DNA of 64,000 bases from Acidimicrobiia bacterium (lineage in GTDB: Bacteria > Actinomycetota > Acidimicrobiia > Acidimicrobiales > SKKL01), in NCBI GenBank assembly GCA_041676705.1, contig JBAYRL010000002.1, forward strand, positions 191,993 to 255,992. The letters run 5' to 3'. Each line of letters starts with the position of its first letter. Positions within the stretch are counted from its first letter, which is position 1. Both the position numbers and the translations under genes were made by a program. The notes beneath the pieces were generated by a model that saw only the letters and a program-made list of their open reading frames with translations, was not told the DNA's origin and did not search any database. Positions 8,175 through 17,194 of this stretch are shown here, one piece after another.

Positions 8175-9191
8175 TTGGTCATCACTATGAACAGCCCTAG
8201 GCCGCCGGTTCCTTACCGCTTACTAACCGCCACGTTCACTTTTATAGTGCCTATGGTGCTTGCAGTCGCGGCCATCTTGTGGGTTCGGAGCTTCGCACAC
8301 GAACTGCCAAATCCAGTCGCCAACCACTGGGGTGCCAGCGGTAAACCCGACGGTACCGGCACGTGGCAGGGCTCTATCACCGGGATTGTCTTGGTCACGG
8401 CCCTGATGTGTGCCATAGGAACTGTTATAGGTGTTAGTCTTGGTCGATGGGCGGCCACACGACGACTAGCCGTCTTCGTCAGCATGTGGAGCGCGATCGC
8501 GCTGCCTTGGTTCGTAGCTGGTGGACTCTGGCAACAGCGCGGTCTCGCCAACGCTCTTGAAGCACCCGATGTTTACCGTCCCATGTGGATGGCTTTCACC
8601 CTAGCCGCAGTGGTAGCTGGAATTGTGGCCGCCCTAATACCTGCCGATGCCCCCTTGCCAGCCACAGAGCCACTTCCACCCGAGGCATCTCGAGCCAGTC
8701 TGGAACCGCATGAACTGGCCAACGCTAGCTGGACTGAAGTAATTGTGATGCCCGGGTTTCACCCATTAGCGGGCGGCGGCATTGTCGCCACCATACTTCT
8801 TGCGCTGATGGCCACCTGGCGGACACTGGCCATTGCCAGTGTGGCGGCACTAACCCTGGCCGCGCTCACCTTGTTATTAGTAGCTATGGGGCGATGGACC
8901 GTAACAATTAACGCTCACGGCCTAGTGGCCAGTCCATTCTTTGGTAGACCACGAACTCGCATCCCCTTAAACGAAATCATTTCGGCCGAAGTTACGACCG
9001 TGAAACCTTTCCAAGAGTTCGGTGGCTGGGGTTACCGGGTGGGCCGAGGAGGCACGGTAGGCATCGTGATTCGTCGGGGCAAAGCGCTAAAGGTTCATCG
9101 CAGCGGCCAGCGCGATCTCATCATCACAATTGATAACGCTGCAGCTGGTGCCGCTTTGCTAAACACCCTGGTGGAACACTCACGTCAATAG
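8175..9191 (+). CDS. DUF1648-family membrane protein
   Basis: LPNPVANHWGASGKPDG motif, several TM helices, C-terminal FGGWGYR PH-like domain. Confidence 0.75.
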   Translation: MVITMNSPRPPVPYRLLTATFTFIVPMVLAVAAILWVRSFAHELPNPVANHWGASGKPDGTGTWQGSITGIVLVTALMCAIGTVIGVSLGRWAATRRLAVFVSMWSAIALPWFVAGGLWQQRGLANALEAPDVYRPMWMAFTLAAVVAGIVAALIPADAPLPATEPLPPEASRASLEPHELANASWTEVIVMPGFHPLAGGGIVATILLALMATWRTLAIASVAALTLAALTLLLVAMGRWTVTINAHGLVASPFFGRPRTRIPLNEIISAEVTTVKPFQEFGGWGYRVGRGGTVGIVIRRGKALKVHRSGQRDLIITIDNAAAGAALLNTLVEHSRQ

Positions 9192-9250
9192 TGCCCCATC
9201 GGCCCAAACCATTCGCCCAGGCCAAAGGTCCAAACCAATTTGCGGTGGCT

Positions 9251-9580
9251 TTAGCGCTTCAGGCCGTCAAGGGCCAGGGCAATCGCATGGTCATCACGCA
9301 ACATCAGTCCGAAGCTGACTACATCGTCATGGTCGAACAGGGGTGCCTTTGGATCGGCAACCTCCCGAGCTGGCGTCTTCCAAACCGAGTATGAAACACC
9401 CGCTGAAATCAGCAAGTCAATCATGTCGCCCGGAGCCTTCTTCACCACCACGCCAGCACAACTGGGGCAACGAAACGAGTAGGAAGCGCTGAGGTCGTCC
9501 TCGTTGATCATCACTTGAACATCAGCAACAGTCAGCTCCACGTCTCCACAAGTTCCGCATGTTGCCTTAATGGTGGTCAT
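9251..9580 (-). CDS. Small CxxC...CxxC putative zinc-binding hypothetical protein
   Basis: Likely start ATG 9580: MTTIKATCGTCGDVEL..YSFRCPSC..LISAGV..DHDDVVSFGLML. Confidence 0.7.
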   Translation of the reverse strand: MTTIKATCGTCGDVELTVADVQVMINEDDLSASYSFRCPSCAGVVVKKAPGDMIDLLISAGVSYSVWKTPAREVADPKAPLFDHDDVVSFGLMLRDDHAIALALDGLKR

Positions 9581-9646
9581 TAGCTTCGTACCCTTCGCAC
9601 TCTCATCAAATGCTTCGACCACTTTCGGTGAGACCTTGAGTAAAAA

Positions 9647-9667
9647 CATTGCTGGGTGTAAGCAATG
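9647..9667. promoter_or_regulatory. Perfect inverted repeat CATTGCT-N7-AGCAATG in the divergent intergenic region
   Basis: Read directly at 9647-53 and 9661-67. Confidence 0.45.
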
Positions 9668-9705
9668 AGCAGCACGGCCCATTCGGGCCCTCAAAGGATC
9701 GAAGC

Positions 9706-11055
9706 ATGCCTAAACCACCGCGCTCACAAGTGCGCAATTACCATCCTGCACAAATCATTGTATTTGGCTTCGGTTCCGTTATTTTGGCAGGCAGCGCCCT
9801 CTTGATGCTGCCAATTTCTCACACCGGCAGCGCTGACATTCGACCTATCACCGCGCTCTTTACGGCCACTTCAGCCGTTTGCGTGACCGGGCTAGCGACA
9901 GTTGAAACAGCCACCTCCTGGACCACCTTTGGCCATGTCGTGATTTTGGTACTCATCCAGCTCGGCGGACTGGGAATCATGAGCTTGGCCTCCCTCGCCG
10001 GCATTCTAATTAGCCACCGCTTGGGCCTACGTTCCCGACTGCGAGCTCAAGCCGAAACCGGAGCACTCAACCTGGGCGACGTTCGCACCGTGTTGCGAGG
10101 CGTGCTGGCGGTAACTCTCTTCTTTGAAGGCCTCGCCGCCACCACACTCACTTTGTGGTTCATGTTCCACCATCACTACAACCCTTCCAAGGCCATTTGG
10201 AACGGTGTCTTTCACTCCATTTCGGCCTACAACAACGCCGGTTTCGCCCTGTTTGAGGGAAATTTGGTGCGTTTCGCGCACGACCCCTTCGTGCTTATCG
10301 TCATTGCACTGGCCATCATCGCTGGCGGCATCGGCTTTCCCGTCATCCTCGACCTACGCCGTGAGCGCTTTCGTTTCAAAGCCTGGACGCTACACACCAA
10401 ACTCGTGGTCATCATGACGGTGGCGCTCATTCTGATCGGCACCACCTTCTTCACCATTTCTGAATGGGACAACCCGGCGACTCTTGGCCCGCTCAACTCT
10501 GCGGAATCAGTAACCGGCGGCTTCTTCGCCGCAATTACCGACCGCACCGCTGGTTTCAATGCTCTAGATTACGGTTCAGCCAACGAATCAACGGTATTAA
10601 TCACCACCATCTTCATGTTCATCGGCGCTGCGCCCGCTGGAACCGCAGGCGGCGTAAAGGTCACAACCATCGCCGTTCTTACGCTCATGGTTTGGTCGGA
10701 GATGCGAGGCGACCCCGATGTAAGCGCCTTCGGTCGACGCCTGCCCCGATTTTCACAACGCCAGTCACTCGCCATCTTCCTCTTGGGTTTAGGCGCCACC
10801 CTCGTTGGTACCGTGGTCCTAATCACTACCGGTCCATTTGAAATTGGTGCCGCGGCCTTCGAAGCCGCCTCGGCCTTTAGCACCACCGGTCTAACAACAG
10901 GCATAACTCCGCTTCTGAAAATTCCGGCCCAACTTATTCTTATAACTCTTATGTTCTTGGGCCGCGTTGGCCCGGTAACGTTAGGCACGGCCCTAGTTCT
11001 ACGTGAACGCGGCCGTTTGTTCCGCTACCCCGAAGAACGTCCCATGGTCGGCTAA
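9706..11055 (+). CDS. ktrB: Ktr/TrkH-family K+ uptake membrane subunit (copy 1)
   Basis: Four pore loops SAVCVTGL, SAYNNAGF, DRTAGF, SAFSTTGL; MFIGAAPAGTAGGVK; FLGRVGP; C-terminal RYPEERPMVG. Start placed at ATG 9706. Confidence 0.92.
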   Translation: MPKPPRSQVRNYHPAQIIVFGFGSVILAGSALLMLPISHTGSADIRPITALFTATSAVCVTGLATVETATSWTTFGHVVILVLIQLGGLGIMSLASLAGILISHRLGLRSRLRAQAETGALNLGDVRTVLRGVLAVTLFFEGLAATTLTLWFMFHHHYNPSKAIWNGVFHSISAYNNAGFALFEGNLVRFAHDPFVLIVIALAIIAGGIGFPVILDLRRERFRFKAWTLHTKLVVIMTVALILIGTTFFTISEWDNPATLGPLNSAESVTGGFFAAITDRTAGFNALDYGSANESTVLITTIFMFIGAAPAGTAGGVKVTTIAVLTLMVWSEMRGDPDVSAFGRRLPRFSQRQSLAIFLLGLGATLVGTVVLITTGPFEIGAAAFEAASAFSTTGLTTGITPLLKIPAQLILITLMFLGRVGPVTLGTALVLRERGRLFRYPEERPMVG

Positions 11056-11069
11056 ATGGCAACCACCCG

Positions 11070-12377
11070 ATGACACCCGCTCGCCTCTTAGTACTTCTGT
11101 ACTCGCTGGCCCTCGCCTTAGGCACGGTGTTGTTGCTGCTTCCATACGCCACCCGAGGTCCGGCTGCTCCCTTCGACATCGCCTTCTTCACCGCCACGTC
11201 AGCCATTTCGGTAACCGGCTTGGTAGTAGTTGACACCCACAGCTACTGGAGCGGTTTTGGCCATTTAGTCATCTTGGCGCTCATTCAGCTGGGCGGACTT
11301 GGAATTGTGACGCTTGGGTCGATCGCCGGTTTGGTGGTGTCACGACGCCTGGGGCTAAGCGGACGGCGCTTGGCGCAACTCGAAAGCGGGCTCGATCTGG
11401 GCGACGTCCGTCATGTGTTACGAACCGTGCTCAAAATCGCGGCCGTGGTTGAAGCGACCACTTTTGTACTTCTGACCGGCGTGTTCTATTTCCTTCACCA
11501 TGCCGCCTTCCCCGAGGCACTGCGTTTAGGTGGCTTCCACGCCATTTCGGCCTTCAACAACTCGGGCTTTTCGCTCTTTAGCAATAGCTTGGAAGACTAT
11601 GTGACTGACCCCTTTATCTGCGGAATTGTAGCTTGTGCCGTGCTTATCGGGGCCGTTGGTTTTCCGGTGCTGACCGACATTCGACGCAACCATCTCTCAC
11701 CGAGGCGCTGGAGTCTGCACACAAAGTTGACCCTCTCGGCCATGGGTGCCGTGCTGGGGGTCAGTGCCCTTATTTTTTTGTGGTTCGAATGGACCAACCC
11801 AGCCACCCTCGGCGAGCTTCAAACCAGCGGAAAAATATTGGCGTCGTTCTTCAACACCTCCATGCGAACAGCCGGATTTTCGAGCATCGACTTTGGTCAG
11901 CTGAACGAAACAACCCAACTGGCCACCATTGTTTCCATGTTCATCGGCGGAGGTAGCGTTTCGGCCGCCGGAGGAATAAAAGTAACGACTTTGGCCCTAA
12001 TTCTCTTAGCGGTGATAACTGAATATCGAGGCGATCAAGACGTTACGGCCTTTAGACGCCGCATCCCGCCAGAGGCGATTCGCCAAGCTGTCGCCATCAC
12101 ACTGACTGGAGTAGTAGCCGTTTTAACTGTGACGATGCTGATCTTGGCAATTGAAAAATTCCCTCTCACGAACACCCTCTTTGAAGTGACCTCGGCGGCA
12201 AGTATTGTCGGGCTATCAACTGGTCTTTCCGGCGAGCTAAACACCGCTAGCCGCCTTATCATCACCGTACTAATGCTTTTGGGCCGTCTAGGGCCCATGA
12301 CCGTAGGCGCGGCGCTCATGCTAAGAGAGCGTCAACGTCTTTATCGTTTCGCGCAGGAGCGTCCCATCGTTGGCTAA
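11070..12377 (+). CDS. ktrB: Ktr/TrkH-family K+ uptake membrane subunit (copy 2)
   Basis: SAISVTGL, SAFNNSGF, MRTAGF, SAASIVGL; MFIGGGSVSAAGGIK; LLGRLGP; RFAQERPIVG. Confidence 0.92.
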   Translation: MTPARLLVLLYSLALALGTVLLLLPYATRGPAAPFDIAFFTATSAISVTGLVVVDTHSYWSGFGHLVILALIQLGGLGIVTLGSIAGLVVSRRLGLSGRRLAQLESGLDLGDVRHVLRTVLKIAAVVEATTFVLLTGVFYFLHHAAFPEALRLGGFHAISAFNNSGFSLFSNSLEDYVTDPFICGIVACAVLIGAVGFPVLTDIRRNHLSPRRWSLHTKLTLSAMGAVLGVSALIFLWFEWTNPATLGELQTSGKILASFFNTSMRTAGFSSIDFGQLNETTQLATIVSMFIGGGSVSAAGGIKVTTLALILLAVITEYRGDQDVTAFRRRIPPEAIRQAVAITLTGVVAVLTVTMLILAIEKFPLTNTLFEVTSAASIVGLSTGLSGELNTASRLIITVLMLLGRLGPMTVGAALMLRERQRLYRFAQERPIVG

Positions 12378-13098
12378 TCGATCACATTCACATCCCAACT
12401 CGGCAGAATATGTGGAGTGGCGCCCCGAACCATCTGGTTTAATCGGCTCGTGGAACGAAGTCTTGGTAGTTGGTCTGGGACGATTCGGCTCGGCCTTAGG
12501 CGTAACACTTGAACATTTGGGTTACGAAGTCTTAGGGGTCGATGCAGACGCCGAAGTCGTCCAGCAAATGGCAAACAGCCTGACATATGTGGTGGAGGCC
12601 GATGCCACCAACTCGGCAGCCTTGGAACAAATTGGGGCCGCAGATTTCGAATGTGCTGTGGTTTGTATCAGCGACGATATTGAGGCCAGCATCTTGTCGG
12701 TGGCAGCCTTACACGACCTGGGTATTAACAGTATTTGGGCTAAGGCGATCACACGCTCCCACGGTCGTATCCTGCGCCGAGTAGGGGCCGACGCTGTGGT
12801 TTACCCCGAACATGACATGGGAGTTCGCGTGGCCCATATGGTGACCGGGCGAATGATTGACTACATCGAACTTGACCCAGGTTTCGTTTTGGTTGAAACG
12901 CTGGTTCCTAAAGAGGCACAGGGAAAAACACTGCTCGACGCTCAGCTGCGCGCCAAGTACAACGTGACCGTGGTGTGCATAAAACCCCACGGGCAGAATT
13001 TCACCTACGCCACACCTGACACCATGATGAACGAAGGCGACATCCTGCTAATCGCCGGAGAAACCCAAAGCGCCGAACGCTTCGCCAATATCGACTAG
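12370..13098 (+). CDS. ktrA: KtrA/TrkA RCK regulatory subunit
   Basis: VVGLGRFG Rossmann motif, HGRILRRVGADAVVYPEHDMG, RCK_C domain. Confidence 0.92.
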   Translation: MANRSHSHPNSAEYVEWRPEPSGLIGSWNEVLVVGLGRFGSALGVTLEHLGYEVLGVDADAEVVQQMANSLTYVVEADATNSAALEQIGAADFECAVVCISDDIEASILSVAALHDLGINSIWAKAITRSHGRILRRVGADAVVYPEHDMGVRVAHMVTGRMIDYIELDPGFVLVETLVPKEAQGKTLLDAQLRAKYNVTVVCIKPHGQNFTYATPDTMMNEGDILLIAGETQSAERFANID

Positions 13099-13221
13099 GG
13101 CCATGTCACCCCCACCCCATCGATTCAGGACCTTTGGCCCAATGTGCGACGCCTATCAGCCATGGCGCTTGTTTCTGACTAGCTTCGTCCAAACCAGCCG
13201 AAACTATATCGAAAGTTAACT

Positions 13222-13827
13222 ATGCCCGAACCAAGCCAGTGGGTGCAGATCACCCAAGCCAACCCCAACCATTCGGTCGCCTACATCGACCGTTTCCGCC
13301 AAATGGAGGCGCAAGGCCGTGATCTAGGTGGCGAGGCACGCCTCATCGATGCCATGGTCGGCCGCAACGCTCACATCCTTGACGCTGGTTGCGGGCCGGG
13401 CCGAGTTAGTGGCCGCCTGGCTGCCATGGGGCATCGAGTCGTGGGGGTTGACGTTGACCCAATCCTGATCGAAGCTGCCGAAGCCGACCACCCTGGACCT
13501 CGGTACTTCACTGGAGATTTAGCTGAACTCGACTTAGCGGCCAAAGGAATCACAGAAGGTTTCGAGGCCATAGTGAGCGCCGGAAACGTGATGACGTTTT
13601 TGGCACCCAGCACCCGCATCGAGGTGCTGCGCCGTCTAGGCCACCACTTGGCCGACAATGGCCGAGTGGTAATTGGTTTCGGGGTGGGTCGCGGTTACGA
13701 ATACAGCGAGTTTCTCAACGATGTCGCCACGGCAGGCCTCGAACCTGACGTGCTGCTCGGCACCTGGGATTTGCGGGCCTTTACAACGAACTCCGACTTC
13801 TTGGTGGCTATTCTTCGCCGAGCCTAA
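13222..13827 (+). CDS. Class I SAM-dependent methyltransferase
   Basis: ILDAGCGPGR motif I; GVDVD; IVSAGNVM. Confidence 0.85.
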   Translation: MPEPSQWVQITQANPNHSVAYIDRFRQMEAQGRDLGGEARLIDAMVGRNAHILDAGCGPGRVSGRLAAMGHRVVGVDVDPILIEAAEADHPGPRYFTGDLAELDLAAKGITEGFEAIVSAGNVMTFLAPSTRIEVLRRLGHHLADNGRVVIGFGVGRGYEYSEFLNDVATAGLEPDVLLGTWDLRAFTTNSDFLVAILRRA

Positions 13828-13857
13828 CAGCTTTGCCGGCCACGACCGCGGCTTATC

Positions 13858-13892
13858 AGAGCTACTATAAAGGCGGGCTTTATAGTAGCTTT
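13858..13892. terminator. Bidirectional terminator-like hairpin between convergent genes
   Basis: AGCTACTATAAAG (13860-72) / CTTTATAGTAGCT (13878-90), 5-nt loop. Confidence 0.7.
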
Positions 13893-13929
13893 AGGGTGGC
13901 TGACCTGGTGTTTTACACCTACAGAGCCC

Positions 13930-15015
13930 CTAGAGAACGTCTACCGCTTTTTGGCGCAACCATAAGTCGGCCAACACCAACAACGTCATTGCTTCTACCA
14001 GGGGTACGGCCCTAGGCAAAACGCACGGGTCGTGGCGGCCTTTAGCTTCAAGGGTTACCGGATTGTGGTCGCGATCGACCGTTTGTTGGGCCGAAGAAAT
14101 GGTGCTGGTGGGTTTAAAAGCCACCCGAATTATCAAATCTTCGCCGTTCGAAATTCCGCCTTGCACCCCACCGGAATGGTTGGTGGTGGTGTGCACACGA
14201 CCATCTTCACCCGGCACAAACGGGTCGTTGTGACTAAGACCCGTCATGCGGGTGCTGCTAAAGCCGCTACCAACTTCAACGCCTTTGACAGCTGGTAACG
14301 AAAACATGGCGGCTCCCAAGAGGGCATCCAGCTTGTCGAAGACCGGATCACCCAAACCAACTGGCATATTACGAGCCACACAAGTAACTACGCCGCCTAA
14401 TGAATCGCCGTCACGCCGTGCCTGTTCAATAGCGCTTTCCATCTTGGCGGCCGCGTCAGGGTCGGGGCAGCGCGTAGGCCCAGCCTCAACCTCAGCCAAA
14501 GTAACGCTGCGGTGGTCAACCTCGGCATCAATGTTGTATATAGAACTGACCCACGCCAAAACTTCTACGTTGGCGACGGCTTCCAGCATGAGGCGAGCCA
14601 AAGCTCCGCCCGCAACTCGGCCGATGGTCTCTCGAGCTGAAGAACGACCCCCACCCTGCCAATTTCGCACCCCATATTTAGCTTCGTAGGTGTAGTCGGC
14701 GTGACTAGGGCGAAAAACGTCTTTCAGATGGTCATAGGCGTGCGGGCGGGCGTCAGTGTTGCGTACCAGCATGGCAATGGGGCTACCGAGCGCCAAACCT
14801 TCAAAGGTGCCCGAAAGTATTTCCACCTCGTCGGCTTCTTGGCGTTGGGTCACCAGACGGCTTTGACCAGGTCGCCTCCGATCGAGATCGAATTGAACCT
14901 TGGCAACGTCAATCGGCAAGCGCGGCGGTACTCCATCCACCACAACGCCCACGCCACCACCGTGCGATTCCCCGAAGGTAGTGACCCTAAATAATTGTCC
15001 GAAGCTGTTTCCCAC
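13930..15015 (-). CDS. aroC: Chorismate synthase
   Basis: [51 protein letters not shown]. Confidence 0.97.
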   Translation of the reverse strand: MGNSFGQLFRVTTFGESHGGGVGVVVDGVPPRLPIDVAKVQFDLDRRRPGQSRLVTQRQEADEVEILSGTFEGLALGSPIAMLVRNTDARPHAYDHLKDVFRPSHADYTYEAKYGVRNWQGGGRSSARETIGRVAGGALARLMLEAVANVEVLAWVSSIYNIDAEVDHRSVTLAEVEAGPTRCPDPDAAAKMESAIEQARRDGDSLGGVVTCVARNMPVGLGDPVFDKLDALLGAAMFSLPAVKGVEVGSGFSSTRMTGLSHNDPFVPGEDGRVHTTTNHSGGVQGGISNGEDLIIRVAFKPTSTISSAQQTVDRDHNPVTLEAKGRHDPCVLPRAVPLVEAMTLLVLADLWLRQKAVDVL

Positions 15016-17127
15016 CTAGTCCATCCTTTGGGGGTAGGCCTCGCCAGCACCGAAAGTGGCGTGGTGTTGTGAGGCGGGATCGTATAGTCGTTCACGGTAA
15101 TCGTTCACCATACGGGCGGCACTCACCCGCGGCCCGAGCGATGCCCAGGTGTGACGAACTCGGCCCAGCCAGCGAGATGAAAGCGCCTGGCCGCCTTCAT
15201 AGAACAGGGGAACAATTTCTCCTCCGAACACGTCATACAAAACCGCCACTTCGGCAGCGTCGCGTTCAGACTGGTCAGCGAATTCCATAAATGACGGAAT
15301 CGCCCAACCGTTCGCACCATCGTGCATTTCGTCCCACCAGCCATCAAGCACTGAAAGGTTGAGTGCGCCGTTAATAGCCGCTTTCTCACCCGAGGTACCG
15401 CAAGCCTCATACGGCCGAATCGGGTTGTTAAGCCAAACGTCCGAACCGTGATACAAAGCTCGGGCCACGCCAATGTCATAGTCGTCTAGAAAAACGAATT
15501 TGCCTTCGAGTTCAGGGTCGGCGCTGGCCTCCAGTGTTTGGCGCAACAGTGCTTTGCCCGGCTCATCGGCCGGGTGAGCCTTACCAGCGAACACAATTTG
15601 CACTGGTCGGTCGGGGTTATTCAACAAGGCCACCAAGCGGTCGCGGTCTGATAGCAACAAAGTGGCACGTTTATAGGTGGCGAAACGGCGCGCAAACCCC
15701 ACGGTAAGAGCGTGCGGGTCAAGGGCCATCTCAGCGTTTGGAACTCCTCGGGCAGCTAAGCGTTCTCTCACAAAATGCACTAAACGGGTACGGGCCGCCA
15801 CACGAACTTCGCGCATCTCCTCATCGGAAATGCTCATCACGTTGGACCATTCCTCCGGCGTGGCGTTGGGCCAGTGCCCACCAATCACCCGCTCAAAGAG
15901 GTGCTGTACTTCCGGGGCGGCCCAGGTAGGTGCATGAACACCGTTGGTTACTGAAGTTATGGGCACTTCAAAATGAGGGGTGTTGGGCCAGATCGGCGCA
16001 AACATTTCTCGGCTTACTTTGCCGTGGAGCCTCGACACCCCATTGGCTCGGCCTGCCACCCGTAAACAAAAAGCTGCCATGTTGAACTCTTGGTCGCCAT
16101 CAGCCGGAAAATAACCAAGCGACATAAGGTCAGACAGCTCGACCCCCACGCTTTGGCACCAATGGCTCAAATAGCGATCAATCAACTCACGCGAGAAACG
16201 GTCGATTCCGGCCGGTACTGGGGTATGGGTGGTGAACACCATCGACTGGCGCAAAGTGTTCACGGTGGTATCTAACGACTCGCCAGTATTAATAATGTGG
16301 GCACGTATTCGTTCAAGCGCTAAGAACCCCGCGTGACCTTCGTTCAGGTGGAACACATGTGGGGTCATGCCCATGGCCGACAGCACCCGCACCCCGCCAA
16401 TTCCAAGCACCAGCTCTTGACGGAGTCGATGCTCTTGATCGCCACCATATAGTCGGTTGGTGATGTGCATGGCGGCTTCTGAGTTGCCTTCAACATGTGT
16501 ATCCAACAAGTAGAGCGAGATACGCCCCACGTTGGCTTTCCACACCTGCACGGCCACCGCTTCGCCGCCAATCTGCACTGTGGTACGCGCCCCAGGGACC
16601 TGTTCTAAACCAATCAGATGAGGATCAAGGTCGTGATAGTGCTCAATTTGGCCGACTTCTTGTTGAATTTCTTGGCGGAAGAAACCTTGCCGATAAAACA
16701 GCCCGATTCCGACTAGGGAAAGATCGTGATCACTAGCTGCTTTAAGGTGATCACCGGCCAAGACACCCAGTCCGCCTGAATACTGAGGCAAGCTTTCAGC
16801 AACGCCAAATTCAGGTGAGAAGTAGGCTACCTGAGGCACCAGACGTGCGCTGGCGGTACCCAGGTATCCCATTAGGTCGTCATAACAGGCCGCCGTGTCC
16901 GCCACGAAGGTCTCGTCGTTAACCAGTTCGTCCCATTCCGGGTTATTGAGGCTGGCTAACATCGCCAATGGGGCACGCTGGCCCACTTCCCAACCATCGG
17001 TCGCAATCCGGGTGAATAGGCGTTGGGTCGGAAGGTCCCACACCCAACGGAAATTACGGGCCAGTGTTTCGAGCTTCGAGCGAAGTTCCGCTCGAGCGTC
17101 GTTTTGAGTATCGCTATCGGGACTCAC
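15016..17127 (-). CDS. glgP: Alpha-glucan (glycogen) phosphorylase
   Basis: YSGGLGVLAGD, HLNEGH, FTTHTPVPAG, ARRFATYKRA, PLP motif EACGTSGEKAAING. Confidence 0.95.
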   Translation of the reverse strand: MSPDSDTQNDARAELRSKLETLARNFRWVWDLPTQRLFTRIATDGWEVGQRAPLAMLASLNNPEWDELVNDETFVADTAACYDDLMGYLGTASARLVPQVAYFSPEFGVAESLPQYSGGLGVLAGDHLKAASDHDLSLVGIGLFYRQGFFRQEIQQEVGQIEHYHDLDPHLIGLEQVPGARTTVQIGGEAVAVQVWKANVGRISLYLLDTHVEGNSEAAMHITNRLYGGDQEHRLRQELVLGIGGVRVLSAMGMTPHVFHLNEGHAGFLALERIRAHIINTGESLDTTVNTLRQSMVFTTHTPVPAGIDRFSRELIDRYLSHWCQSVGVELSDLMSLGYFPADGDQEFNMAAFCLRVAGRANGVSRLHGKVSREMFAPIWPNTPHFEVPITSVTNGVHAPTWAAPEVQHLFERVIGGHWPNATPEEWSNVMSISDEEMREVRVAARTRLVHFVRERLAARGVPNAEMALDPHALTVGFARRFATYKRATLLLSDRDRLVALLNNPDRPVQIVFAGKAHPADEPGKALLRQTLEASADPELEGKFVFLDDYDIGVARALYHGSDVWLNNPIRPYEACGTSGEKAAINGALNLSVLDGWWDEMHDGANGWAIPSFMEFADQSERDAAEVAVLYDVFGGEIVPLFYEGGQALSSRWLGRVRHTWASLGPRVSAARMVNDYRERLYDPASQHHATFGAGEAYPQRMD

Positions 17128-17194
17128 CTATAGAAGGCTAGCGAGCTATAAGCGTCTAGGTTAAATAGGGCAAGACTTCCAGAGGGACAATTTT

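Noticed and set aside
9581-9705. c-di-AMP (ydaO) riboswitch upstream of ktrB
   Set aside because: The region is short and shared with a divergent gene, and I could not see the ydaO consensus.
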